A DNA stretch of 49,131 nt, the filler included, from Sphacelaria rigidula (taxonomy: Eukaryota), in assembly GCA_964200075.2 (NCBI GenBank). It is 2 parts of 2 records of this genome, joined end to end, with 100 filler letters (N's around TTAATTAATTAA, not from the genome) between each part and the next. Parts side by side here need not be neighbours in the genome. Positions count along the whole stretch, not along the records: positions 1 to 24,527 come from CAXNAA020000201.1; positions 24,628 to 49,131 come from CAXNAA020000202.1. One strand, given 5' to 3'. Below are positions 12,335 to 24,891 of this stretch, piece after piece (the stretch's first letter is position 1; each line of letters starts with the position of its first letter). The notes under the pieces are model-generated. The model saw only the letters and a program-made list of their open reading frames with translations. It was not told the DNA's origin and did no database searches. Both the position numbers and the translations under genes were made by a program.

Positions 12335-13517
12335 GGTGAAGGTTCTGTCGTTCCTGGAGATCTCGTTTATCGAAATATCTCTCGGCAGAATACCAGACAT
12401 CACAACAACGATGATTCCCCATGTTGTTTGCAATACGTTCACGTTGTTAGCTCAGCTGGATCCTTCGACGATCAGTCGAAGTACGACAATCATTAAATCG
12501 GATCAATCCAAACTTACAATTGCGACAGCCCTTCGGTCGTGGGCCACTGGGGCTGACCAAAAGAAATATTTTTCGTCACCCCGGGTGATACTTCTCGTAT
12601 AGCACCCATGGCAGTGTGTACGGGGCGTGCATCGATATCTACCAATGTTAATGCATGCCTAACATTGCGGTGATATTCACTTGGGCGATAATCTCTTCGA
12701 GGGGCAACTGAGTTATTGGAGAGAAGACGAACGGAGATGAGCAACTGTTGTGATTCGCCTGCGGTATACCAAGTAGCTGTAGTGGTCGCAAGAATGCTTC
12801 AACTCGTGAAGGCTCAGGAGGTGCGTCGTGAAGGTGGTATGTGTGCATCTCGCAGATGTTGTTGACTACAGGTGGAACCAAGGCAACAAAGCAGGATGGT
12901 AAAAATATATATTGTAGTGCTTGTCGGGTCCTCGGGTCTCGTTACGCTGGGTGCACGTAGGGTACCGTGCACTGCACCAATGAGTGCAGTGAAGAAAACA
13001 ATCAGAAAGAGCCGTTGCGATGTTTTGCTTCATTTCCTCTCAAGAACCGGTGCACATGAGAGATTGAAAAAAAGAGGCGTTTCCCTCCTCATTTGTTCGT
13101 GTCGTCGTGGAGTTTATCCCGCGTCGCGCTTGTTGTCCTGTAAGTGGCGGAATAAAATGAGGCTTCCTTCCACTACGTTATGTTTCCTCACGGTTGAAGG
13201 ACTCTCGTGCTCTCAGACTGGTTTCAAGGCAAGCTCAGCTCAAGGTGCGAGACTCAACCCTTCACGATACGTGCTGCAGATTCGCCAGGGCAGGTCCGAC
13301 AGCCAAAATTTGCCACCGTATTTCTTTCACTTTGGCGCTGTTTAGGTCAACTCCTATGAGAGCGTTTACAAATTTATTTCGCAATGATTTTAAACGACTT
13401 TTTTTTCTTTGCCGTAGTAGTGTATTGTGTGCCCGTTTTACCATGACATGGAAAAGAAAAAAACTCCTCTGAAATCGTTGCAAAATAAAAAATTCAAACG
13501 CTCCCCTAAGAATTGGC

Positions 13518-13601
13518 CTTAGACCCACTTTTGTGGCAACGGATCTCGATGTTTTTGGGACCCCGATTTTGAAAAAAAAAATTGGGGGACTCAAATTCGT
13601 G
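13518..13601 (+). repeat. Dispersed repeat, second copy at 49051-49131
   Basis: AGACCCACTTTT(G/A)TGGCAA...GGACCCCGATTT...GGGGGACTCAAATTCGTG present at both loci. Confidence 0.75.
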
Positions 13602-14224
13602 GATTCCAAATCGGGGGGACCGTTTTATGGCACAGACGGTACAGTATCACAGATTTGTGATACGGTTCTGTACTCAGACGGTCATTTTCTGCCATGAGCG
13701 TGGTACTGTGTACTCGTGCATGAAGCCGGAGAGCAGGCAGGTGGTGAACAATCCTTCGAGTACAGTGTCGTACTTTGGTACCCTACTGTAATAGTGTGCA
13801 GGACACTACATCAGTACAGTGCATGATAATGCCGTGTGGTAGTACATGATGGCACAGGCGATATTGCGAGAAGAGAGAATAAACCAAGGGTCGGACTAAT
13901 ACTGATTCGTCTGGAAATTACTTGGTTTTAAAACTGATTCAACTCGTACGAATCAATCCCTAGGCTTTGTTTTCAGCGTTGTAACCCAGGTACACGCAGC
14001 CCGGACACGTGAGATGGCGCAAAAGTTGTGTGGATACCCCTTGGACCAGCGGTCAACTTTTTTCTCCCTTTTGGGCAATCAAGCCGAAAAAATCGTCGAT
14101 TTGGTGATTCTTAGTCGTGACGATTCGTCCCAACCGTGGAACAAACAGTGCGCGAGCAGAGTTCAGTAGTGCAGCGACAACAGCTAGGAGAGTACAACGG
14201 TTGCGTCCATCGTGGTGATGCATG

Positions 14225-14465
14225 TTGTCTTTCCCTTGTCCAAAAAATAATATACAACCATCCATCCCCAAACAATCTTTCTATCTTTCCATGAAATCTA
14301 TTTTCTTTCCTTTATCCAAAAAATTGATGAGATTGACTAAAGATGGGGAGGGTTTTGGACAAGGTAAAGACATTTTTTGTAACATATTATTGATGATTGC
14401 AAAGGGATAACTAATTGATAAAATGATCGAAGATGGATTTTATTTTTTGGACAGATGAAAGACAA
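14225..14465. mobile_element. AT-rich MITE-like element
   Basis: TTGTCTTTC...TGTCCAAAAAATAA inverted as TTATTTTTTGGACA...GAAAGACAA. Confidence 0.5.
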
Positions 14466-16886
14466 TGAATCCTGCGTTTTACGGCATACATTATTCGCCA
14501 TCGCCATGTGTGTTGGATGCACCTCGTCTGGAATATTACGATCGCCGCAGGGTACGGTGTCAGCACTTGTTATCCGCTTGTCAAACCCCGTGCGAAGTTG
14601 CTTCAGCAGCTGAGCCGGGCAGTAGGCACGCCCTGTGCTTTCACGAGACTGTCTTCTGCCGCCGTTGCAAAAATATCGAACGCCTCGTACTCTAGTATTG
14701 TACGTCAGTGCTCGTACGTCACGTCAAAAACATCGGAGGGAGTCACGATCTCGGAACGATCTCCCCTGATTTTCTCGCACCCGATTTGGTCCAAATCCGT
14801 GTCCATCAAATGCGTTCCCCCATTTAGAAAAAGTCGACATTTGTGTTTGCCATAGAAGTTGGTCTTGAGACAGTCTTGCGTCAAAATATATTTTTTTCAT
14901 GTTTCGGAACGAAATTCAAGCCCTTTTCATCCCCTCGCGCACTGCTGCAACGCCCAACCCCAGATGTAGACGCATGGGCTTATCGATTGTGGTCAAGATG
15001 ACATTTTAACGAAGTTTTAGCGCATAGCAGGGACGACGGTGCCTCCTGCCCTGAGCATACCTGTTATCCATACCGGAATGACCTTTTCTACCGATTGTCA
15101 TTATCCAGAGGGTGTGCCAGCACTGATCTATGTTCATTTACCAGCTCTGCACCCTCTCAAGAGATCATAATATTGAAGTGAGAGCACCACCATGTCCATA
15201 AATGCACTCACTTACGGTACACACGAAATCTGGGCTCCGAGCTACTCATTTTGTGGGCCTATCGGCGGTATATCGGTATTTGCTTGATTTGATTTGCTCT
15301 TTGGCCGACATGAGCTAGAACTTGGTGCACGTTCTGCCTGTGTTGTCCAGCCAGTGCCCCAAGTTTTATGGTGGTGCCTCTGCCCACGGTCGAAAAAAGC
15401 ACAAAGTCTCCGTACTTCAAGTGCAACGATTTTTGTATGCGGGCCGAGGGCGGGGAGTCATAAAATACAGGGCATGCATTCGGCTTTTGTTTTTTCGCAC
15501 ACAAGACTGTAGATCGCTACTTCCCTTGGCAGTGATCGGAAGGAGGTTTGAGGTTTGGTTTCCCCGGAGATTGACAGTCATTGTTAGAACGTTATTTTAA
15601 TAAGTTATTTTCTTGTTGCTGAAGCCGCCATATCGGAACGGAAACCCGGGATACGCGCCAAGCACGCGCCTTTGCTTTCGCCACGTGGATACTAGCTGTG
15701 ACTTAACTTCCATCCGGCAGTTGAGGTATCTGACGCCAAAGGTGTGCTGGACACCGAGGCCCCTACACTGGATTCATGATGTGCTTGTGCGGTCGTCGGA
15801 GGTGCGCGCACTCCTTCGATACAGATCCGGTAATTTTCCAGGGGCCGGGCGGACGCAATGTAATCGTAAATCTCATCTCGGGAGTTTCACCCGGATCGGT
15901 TAGGAAACCCACCTCGAGATTCTTCTGAAATTCGACAGCTGCGCCGCCGAATGATGTCCCCTTGGATACATCCTATCGAGATCGCCCGGTGGAGGGGATC
16001 TTTAGAGGCAGTGTCGGGCATTGCTCCTAAAGAAAAATCAATGTTGGGTTGTTTACCACACCGGGGGATAGATACATCCCGTGACCTACAGAACTGCCCG
16101 ATGTTCAAGCAGTGCCAGCGAAGATTTTTGCAGTCATGCCAAGGGCAGTAATGCCCCCATTTATGTCGCTAATACCGCGCATCCGTAACTCACCGAGGGA
16201 AGCCGGGGAGAAGCGCCGCCGTGCGCCCAACATGATCCCAGCTCGTGACGACTTCGATTTGTCTTGTTTGCGGTGGTATCAGCGCGAGTTGGACTCAAGT
16301 GCAGCCCTGCTATATATTGTACGTGGCAGAGAATGACCGCACCGTGAGTGCCAAGTTTTGTGACGCCATCCTCACGAGAAGCATGCTTTCAAGCCCGAAC
16401 CGTAACGAAACGGCACATTTTTATCTAGCATGAGATGGCTCGCCTCAAGCGACTCATCGTGGAAGATCTTCCTGGTGCCTATTTTTCGGCCCGACAGCAT
16501 TTGCCAGATACGGATCAGCCAACTACGCCTGTTAGTTCGGCGAACGCGGATGTATGACTCGGAGAAGCCACCGCAGCTCCTCAATTCGGAGACATGGTGG
16601 GCACAACTCTTCAACACCCTTTACGGTCGCTCAGACATCGCCTCGATAGTAAGGAATGAAACCTGCGGGGGACTGGGGGCTCGTGGAAACAACCGGCTGG
16701 TGGTGATTATGGCGTTTTTCCCCGACGAGTTTCAGCTGGAAAGATGTAATTGGTCACAGCGGTACAGCGGACTCCCTCGAGCCCAGATGAATTATGGCCG
16801 CCTGAGACCCGTGGATTGAAAAGGGTGATGGTGAAAGAGCGAGGGATGTGCCCACCCGTTGTGTGAACCCAGGCGATAATTCGACG

Positions 16887-17110
16887 ACAATGTTTTCGTG
16901 AGATTGAGAGTAGAGGATACGATTGAGAGTGAAAAGCGGTCAACTGATGAATGAAGCGTTTCAGTTCCGAAATACCCTTCCACGAGGCCAGATATGCCTT
17001 CTGTAGTAGCTTGCCACTGAGACCCTTGATATCCCTGAGAAGGATATCGACGTGTACCTGTCGGCACACGCCAGTGATGGAGGCGAAGAAGAGCGCACAC
17101 GGAATGAAAA
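16887..17110 (+). repeat. Old dispersed repeat in three diverged copies (16887-17110 +, 19109-19340 +, 19662-19770 -); probable transposon relic
   Basis: Copies 1 and 2 share ACAATGTTTTCGTGAGATTGAG...GCCTTCTGT...CCCTGA; copy 3 carries the reverse complement of CCTTGATATCCCTGAG. Confidence 0.65.
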
Positions 17111-18092
17111 AGTGGCTAAATTGAAGCGAGTGATCAAAACCACTCTCAATCTCACGAACACGCTGAGAGTAGTCTATATTCGTTGTGAAATGTTGTAGAA
17201 ACCCTTCAGAGGTATGGCCTCTAGGCGGTACCCGTGGGTGGTTCGGAAAGGATCGGAGGATCGCGCACGGGAATGTAGGAAAGCAGTTGGAAACCGACAC
17301 GGATGTGTTTTCCGCTCACGCCTGTGGAATGTGGTTGCCGCAGAAAGTACCCGGGACCGAAAATCACAATTGGCCGGTTATTCTGCCGGCTTGGTGAGTA
17401 ATCTCAACGTGATGGTGTAGTTTTGCTTCACACCCGGTACAACGATGCACCACGTATCTGCAACGACAAGGAGTTGGAAATGTTCGACAGGCGCACAGCG
17501 GAAACGGTCGCTCTTCCTCCGGAAGTGCTATCGTCAAGAACGTTGGCGGCTGGGCGTCCGGCACTTCTTTGCGCATGGCTACTACAGTGCAGTGTTTCTT
17601 GCGCAACCGAATCCGCATTGATATCCCGTTTATCCGAGGAGGCATCCCGTCTGAAGCGTGTCCCCGCGCTCCTGTGTTGCGTACGCTACATTTTCTGGCG
17701 GTGCATTCTGCTTGCATTCAAAATACCCCTCGGTGCTTAGAGTCGCTTCCGAACGCGATATTTCCCGCTGATGGATCGTGTGATGGCCGTTGTGCCTTCG
17801 CTCGAGATATACAGCGCCCATACTAGTGCAGCGTTGTGTGACCGCGTATGCAGTCGAATGTTTTACCGCTGAACCTCTTGACGCTCGGAAAACAGAAAGT
17901 TGAAAAGCGTCTTGACTTTCAGTAGTTCGAGAATGCTGTTCCGAAACGACCGTCGCCATTATCATACTTTTCTGCAGCCCAGCGATTCGTCAAAACTTGA
18001 TCCGGCATAGTAGGTGAATACATGTGCTAACAGAACAAGACCATCCCTCTGCTGTATCATGTTCCGGAATATTTTATGTTTCTCTTGCGCAG

Positions 18093-18241
18093 ATAACCCT
18101 CAGCCTACCTGGCTGAAGAACGGCAAAACCGACGGTATAATCGCTGCGGCTGGGGGCTTCATGGCCTTCTGCGGCTTGAGCCAGGTCCTGTACTACTTGT
18201 CCAAAATGTCTAAGGGCAAGGGGAAGATTGAGGTATCGTAG
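18093..18241 (+). CDS. Cytochrome c oxidase subunit VIIa-like protein, exon 2 (93 aa spliced)
   Basis: Polypyrimidine tract plus GCAG| acceptor in matching phase (G+AT = Asp). DNPQPTWLKNGKTDGIIAAAGGFMAFCGLSQVLYYLSKMSKGKGKIEVS* fits the COX7a pattern (T[YW]LK..D, one TM helix, MSxGxGK). Intron 10812-18092 (7,281 bp). Confidence 0.8.
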
Positions 18242-19810
18242 ACGGAGCGACGACGCAAACGCCAAGACACGCAACTCAACGTTAGGCGACGGTGAAATCT
18301 TGGCTGGCTGGCCCTGTACTTCCCAGCTGCACCTCTCGCGCAGTTGTTGTTGCAGCTAGAAGCGATGCTTTGAGGGGCGGCGGAAGGGACGTCGGGTGCG
18401 CGGCGTCCATGTTTTTTTCATGCCGTTGTGCCTCAACTGCGGGAGGGGAGTAGAAAGTTCATGCGGCAGTACGGCAGTTTGTGAACCAGGGAAATCACGC
18501 TGCTCCCTGCTGGAATCGGGATGTATCTGGTGCCTTGTGGGAAGGAGGGAGGAGGTTATGCTCCAGCCGCTGAATGAGGGGAAGGGAGTGGGTGGGGTAT
18601 TCCAGCGCACATATCTGCGTCGTAGTTTCTCGCTTGTGATGGTTTTTACATTTTGGTTGAAAGATTTAATATGATCTTCAATTAAGGGGAATGAGAAGCC
18701 CCATGAAGAGCTCACCAAGATGGTGGGGAAAATCTCGTTTTGCCTGCTACATCATTCGACCAGCGTGTCTAGGTATTAATATGGTGCGGGCAGTGATATC
18801 ATCGCCCATGTCCTCGCAGCAGCCGCACTTTGAACTTTGCTGACCCATGCTTCGACGGGGCCACACATGAACAAGCGCAGGAACGGACGTGTTGTATATG
18901 AGACAAATACATACTAACAAATATTTGTCAACTGTGTCTGTACCACAGTACGCTGCTTGTCAGAACATGCAACTTTATTCTCACGCAGTGTCCGTTGAAG
19001 GGATTGATAGCTCCTGGCACCCACGCGTGTCTGTCTCAATCTCTGATCCCGCCAAGATCAAGGCGCGCGCGGACTGGGTTCCTTCACCTGATACTGATTA
19101 TACTTGCAACAATGTTTTCGTGAGATTGAGCGTCCAGGATATGACGGAGGGTGAGAAGCGCTTAATTAATGGGTTAAGTAGTGTCAGTTCGCGAATTCCT
19201 CTCCGACCCTCCTACAAGGTCCGATACGCCTTCTGTGGTTGCTTGTCACTGAAATCTTTCGATGTCCCTGATCAGGATATCAACGTATAACTGTAAGCAC
19301 ACGGCGGCGTCACAGGCAAAGAACAGCACACGATGAAGAATAGTGTAGGTGAACTTACACCGGATGATGAAAAAAAATCACCTCAGTCATCTTCAGCGAG
19401 TATATCCGTTTTGTTTTGTCTTGGGTACGTCGATCCTGTGGCCACGGCTGGATCCCTGAGGAGTCAGTTGAAGTGTGACAACCAATCAACGCTAGACTCA
19501 TCTCACAGGAACGGTTTGGTCAGAGTGTACGAGTACGTTGTACGGGGATTGTGCCGAAGTGTATTTCCTTCCACGGCACATCGACGAACTCGTGCGTAAG
19601 CTAACTGGTCGAGAACATGACGGGATATAACAATATTTCCATAAGAAGGAGAGTGGCTTTGGTCATCCGTGTGTTCTTCTCTTTGTTCATTTAACTGGCG
19701 TGTACTTGCAACTATACGTCGGTATCTTCCTCAGGGATATCAAGGGCCTCGTGGAAAAGCATTTTGGAACAGAAATAATTAATTTCCTAATTGACAGCTC
19801 TTCACTGATA

Positions 19811-19931
19811 ACCCTTTTGAAGCCCGCTGACGATTTTTGTTTTCGTGAATCGGTATCATTTTAACTTCAAAAATGACTGAAAGCGATGCCGGTTCACAAT
19901 AACAAAAATCGTCGACGGGTTCCAAAAGGGT
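19811..19931. mobile_element. ~120-bp hairpin MITE with piggyBac-like CCCTTTTG ends
   Basis: ACCCTTTTGAAGCCCG...GACGATTTTTGTT pairs with AACAAAAATCGTC...CGGGTTCCAAAAGGGT; flanks ATAA/TGAA resemble a decayed TTAA. Confidence 0.7.
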
Positions 19932-21017
19932 GAATGGTATCCTCTACCCTTTATGTCATGAAAACAGTGTTCCCAGTGGACAGGTGAAGCAGCATGAACA
20001 GAAAACTAAATCGAAACACAGATGCCCGAAATGCCAGAAAGGTACCACCAGCGACGTGCTGTACGACCCTTGGGGGCAGTCGCACGTTAGACCGCTTCCC
20101 TCCTTTCACCGCCGCAAGTATCAAATCTACATCGGTTCTTCTCGAAGGAACGGAGAAGACGAGGACATTCCGACGTGGAGAAGAGTAAAAACGGGGGAAT
20201 TGAGGCTTCCTTGTACTGTTGAATACTGTGAACGCAAACTCCATCACTTGCTCCTACCCAGAATTCCCAAAGAAGAGATGGGATCTTACACCACGGATCG
20301 GCTTTGTCTACATATTACAAGCTACATTCGAAACATGCCGGGAAGAGTCAACAGTACCAGGCGTGTCCCCTTGACAGGTTGCAGTCGCCCATCGCACTTG
20401 TGAACCGCTCCACAACACCAGTCATCTCGAGTGGTGTTCAACAAAACTACCGTAGGATTTCATGCTGCAGTCCCTTTCAGCTCGCGCTATACCGCATTCA
20501 AGTGGGACCTCGGTCGTGTCTTGGAAGGACACACCCGCAACAGACGTCGAACCCCCCCCTTCACCAGGTACACAACCCGCTAGACACCCAAATGATCACC
20601 ACAGGTGCTGTTTCCCCAATCGCTGCTCCCCGATTCCGTCTCGAAAGGGATGAGTGGTAAATGGTCAAACGACTCAGGCAAGGAACAAATGAGTACACCC
20701 CGCCCCCCCCTCCCCGTTTCCGTTGCATCCATCATAACGACGGAATTGGTCCGCGTCTCCATGCCACCCCCCCCCCCTCCATGCCACCCCTCCCCCCTCC
20801 CTGCCATCTTGGAAGAATGAAGGTTAAACTGCAATACTGGATACGGAGTATACAGTCAATTCGAGTTCATATGTTCAGGTGCCACTTCGAACTCTTCCCC
20901 ACTCGAGCACAGAATACAAACGCCTCCTACAATCAAAGCCGAAAACCTCGCAGCCAAGGGGTTAAGCCTGATCGGTCCCGGGAACGCCTGATTGATGATC
21001 CCCACAAACTAGTAGTA

Positions 21018-22370
21018 TCAGTCTGCTGCTTCCGCTGCTGCTCCCACCGGCATTACCCCTTCTCTCGGAGGTAGTTCTTCCAACCATGTCGTGGGGTTCC
21101 GGTTGAACATAGGCCAGTCTGGTACAACGAGCTGAACGCCGCCGCAACAAACGAATGCAGGCACGTCACGTGAAGGAGTAATCACGCAGGGGTCAGTGTC
21201 GATCACAGGGGACGCATAATAAATACAGTAGTTATCATGCAACAAGCTCGGTATCCAGTAAATGAAAATGAGTCACAATAAAAGCAGTCATGCCATCCTC
21301 TCGACTCCGTAGGCGTTGCTTGTGCGAATACCAACTTGTTGGATTCGTTTTGCTCAGTTGGTTGTGGAGGTTGGATGAAAAAATTCCGCGAACCTCTAAA
21401 AACGAAATCACAACACCCAACAACACCCTCACACGCCTCCTACAGCACGCACACCCCCACTATATACGCCACGCCTTTCAGCTTTCTAGCTACAGCTGTG
21501 CGTGTGGACCGCATGCATATACTCATGTTGGCAAGAAATATGACGTACTGTTATGCCCGTGAATGGGGGCTCTCGCGACCGGAAATCCGTGGGCAGTAGA
21601 TAGATGAAAAAAATGCGGAGGTATAATGAAGACGACATGAACTGTTCGGATCTGTGCCGAACCTCTGCCAAACAGGACACACGCTACATTCCAAGTTGCC
21701 TAGGTTTAGCATGCGGCAGCTGTAATTATTTTATCGCCTCGTTCTCGAGACAGGAAGCAAACCGGCTTGTGGCACTTCACAGTCCCCCCCCCCCACACAC
21801 CGGACCTGAGGTCCTATGCGACGGATTTGCTCAATTCGCCACAGCGGACCCGAAAAGCCCCCAACATGATGAAGGAAACTCGTGTTCACGTAAATGTTGC
21901 CGGTTTGCAAAGTGATGTGGCCTCTGCGGCACGCGTTCGGGAACTCTGTGACATAAGTCACTAGTTCTGGTGTGTGGGGAGCGAACGCATCAAACCGCAG
22001 TCCAATCCTCTGCTCGTTTGCCGAGAAAATTGCGTTGAAAAATCGCCACAACAACATACTGCAACAAGAGGGGCACGACAACAACACGAGTAGCAGTTTC
22101 CGTTTATATCCTCCTGTTGTTGTAACCCTATGTACAAGTATATAGCGACGTCAGTTACAGATTTGTTGTATGCAGCATGCACTATAATAGTACACTTGTA
22201 TAACCTTGTTCGTCATTTCGAGGTGACGCGTGTACTTGTGATTGATACGGATGTTCTCTTGAAGGCTCGATTTCTTCTGCATAGTAAGTAAACTGTAGTT
22301 GGTCGTCGTTCATTTTCGCCATATACAGTGCCCAAATTCGGGCCCCATTCATGGGCATACCTGTCCTGTC
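21018..22370 (-). CDS. Candidate 3' exons of an unidentified gene (22236-22370, 21806-22009, possibly ~21275-21393, terminal ~21018-21131)
   Basis: Open frames bounded by CAG| acceptors and |GT donors in phase 0 (DRTGMPMNGARIWALY...SQ; RIGLRFDAFAPHTPELV...GPQ; LVVPDWPMFNRNP...AAD*). No family recognised. Confidence 0.4.
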
Positions 22371-22862
22371 CTGTTGAGAAAATACTATTCCGAAAATGCA
22401 ATGCCGCCGGCCGTGGCTTGCGCATGAACATTCATGACGCACGGCATCTGAGTGGCAACAGTCCTTTCTATGTTGGCGTTCCGCTCTTCACGTTGAACCA
22501 CTGTTCTGAACCCGGCAAAAAAAAAAAAAGTGATGAAAAAACGGCCTGCTGCGCCGGGTGTTTCGAGGGTCATCATCAAAATGAAAAAGACCAGTAACAA
22601 AACATACGGTGCAAACGATTATCTGCAGTGTAATTTTGCTTTTGAACAAGACTTTACAGTCTGCGACGAAAAAAAAGTGCGGCGAGTGTTACAAACGCAC
22701 GGCAACGAACATTCCGTACACCGACAGCCCGCACGATAGTTTTCAATCAAGTAACGAATTGACCACATGACTGACTTTCTTAACATCAGCTACGCACAGA
22801 AGCAGCCCGACTGTTGCTCGACTACTACATGAGCCTAAGAGTGGCTGTTTTTGAAACAATCT

Positions 22863-23637
22863 CACACGTCGGACAGCTCATGAGCCACCTAAAATAACCA
22901 GGGCTATAGACGTTACATGTTCACGTTCACGTTACGTTCATCACGTGAAAAAAAAATGACGTTCACGTTACATGACGTGTGTCACGTAAGAAAAAAATAA
23001 CGTTACGTTACATTTAGATATTTACCGTTACGTACATGTTACGTTCATCACGTGAAAAAAATAACGTTACGTTAACGTTACATTTGAAATTTTAACGTTA
23101 CGTTCATCACGTAAAAGAAAATTAACGTTCACGTTACGTTTCGGCCAAAACGTGATGGAACGTAACGTGTAACGCTATGGCACGTGTAACGTGTATAGCC
23201 CTGGCAAAATATGTACACGTTCACGTTCACATTACGTGCATCACGTAAAAAAATTAAGGTTCACGTTACGTGACACACAAGTAAAAAAAATATAACGTTA
23301 CGTTAACGTTACATTTGAAAATTTAACGTTACGTTCATCACGTAAAAAAAAATAGCGTGAACGTGACGTGTAACACTATGGCACGTGTAACGTGTATAGC
23401 CCTGAAAATAACTCTTCAGAGAAGATTCCCAGATACTTCGTCCACATCATTAAATGCGTAACAGCGGGGTCCGAGAAGCCAAAGCGCTACAAAACCTTTG
23501 CGCTACTCCGCGTGCTCGAGGTCCAGCGCTGCAGGGAGAAAATATGTAAAAAGAGGCCGAATGAGCAAGCTCGTGATCCGGATCAGTACAGTAAGAAGAA
23601 GTAATATCCAGGTGGCTCATGAGCTGCCCGGCGTATG
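22863..23637. mobile_element. hAT-type MITE (CACACGTCGG family) interrupted by a nested element
   Basis: Same TIRs and internal sequence as 4403-4656, split at AAAATAAC. Confidence 0.85.
22899..23404. mobile_element. Nested hAT-type MITE, ACGT-repeat-rich
   Basis: TIR CAGGGCTATA...TATAGCCCTG; perfect 8-bp TSD AAAATAAC; an extra right TIR ends at 23203; body built of ACGTT/CACGTG motifs. Confidence 0.88.
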
Positions 23638-23857
23638 ACCAATACGTGACAGACGTGGAAGCAGAATGCTGCTGCTCGCCCACTATCGAACCGAAAGCCA
23701 TTACAAAAAAAATGTATCTCGTACTGGGGAGGAAAGGACTGCGGCTACCTCTGAACGTGGCAGGTGTGGAGTATAACCGCACGTACCGGGGCACACGTTG
23801 AAAATGTCGAGCGCCCGGTTTCAACCGTGGCACGCTGTAATCATTCGAAATTTTCAA

Positions 23858-24366
23858 CACCTCGAACAACTCATGAGTTACCTAAATATTACTTCTTGCT
23901 ATCAGTATTCTGATCCGGATTGAGCCATGAGCTAGCTAGCTGATTTGGTCCGTTTTTTTCACCACATTTGCCCCTGACAGCGCTGGACGCCGAGCACGCC
24001 GAGTGTCGCAAAGGTAGCACACGTCGAACAGATCATGATCCGTCTGAAAACAATGCTTATTCTCAGAATACTGATCCGTATTATTTGGACCCCCGTTTTC
24101 CACGTTTGCTCCTTACGGCGCCTGGCGCTGAGCACGCCGACTAGTGCAAAGGCTGCGCTTTGGAGTCTCTGACTCCGCTGTCACATATTTTGTGTTTTTG
24201 GATCAACTGACTCGAGAGTCTTATATTTGATTAGTTATTTCATCCAGTTCATGATCCGTCCGACGTGTGAAAGGTAGGCTGCTTGCTTCGGATTCTCGAA
24301 CCCCGCTGCGACGTTTTTTGTGTTTTTGGACAACGGATCTGTAAGTCCTCCTCAAATAGTTATTTT
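23858..24366. mobile_element. Reverse-oriented CACACGTCGG-family MITE containing a related nested copy (24018-24269)
   Basis: Inner element CACACGTCGAACAGATCATGA...TCATGATCCGTCCGACGTGTG flanked by perfect 8-bp TSD AAAGGTAG; host halves match the reverse complement of 4403-4656. Confidence 0.82.
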
Positions 24367-24412
24367 ACTTCCTCTGTCCCGTACGTAAAGGTACCTAAAT
24401 ATGTACGGGCCC

Positions 24413-24527
24413 TTAACCCTTTTGGGACCGGACCCCCAACTAACACAGGGTTGACCCTGTGTTACTGGAATAAAAAAAAATAAGTCTTCGAGCGACCGAC
24501 CCAATCACAGCGAGGCGACGTTGATCG
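24413..24527 (+). mobile_element. piggyBac-like element end, truncated by the assembly gap
   Basis: TTAA+CCCTTTTGGGACC; similar to 2532-2645. Confidence 0.6.
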
Positions 24528-24627
24528 NNNNNNNNNNNNNNNNNNNNNNNNNNNNNNNNNNNNNNNNNNNNTTAATTAATTAANNNNNNNNNNNNNNNNN
24601 NNNNNNNNNNNNNNNNNNNNNNNNNNN
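24528..24627. other. Assembly gap with artificial linker (N44-TTAATTAATTAA-N44)
   Basis: Symmetric N runs around a 12-mer with stops in all six frames; total length exactly 100. Confidence 0.97.
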
Positions 24628-24891
24628 GAGCCTCATCTCGAAGTTAAACCTCAATTCTCACAATTTGTTGTTAGTGGGTACTCTATTTCGACGTACAGCT
24701 GTGCAACCCACGCCACTATGGGGAGGGATCGGGGACGAGATCACATCAACGAACCCCACAAGGCTTATGGGTAAGTTACAGAGATTCAGTAGTTGGCGAA
24801 AATTGTAAAAGGTGATATAGTAAACTGCCTATAGTACACTTTGTCTCGGTGACGTCATGTTCTTTTTAGCAGCGCCGTTGCGGAACTGCAC

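Noticed and set aside
12400-12880. Minus-strand peptide ITRGDEKYFFW...AIVSLD*SDL resembling a transposase or nuclease motif
   Set aside because: Short, interrupted by stops and compatible with several families; not supportable without a profile search.
24572-24583. TTAATTAATTAA island inside the N run
   Set aside because: Artificial six-frame-stop linker from scaffolding, not biology. Adjacency across it is unverified.
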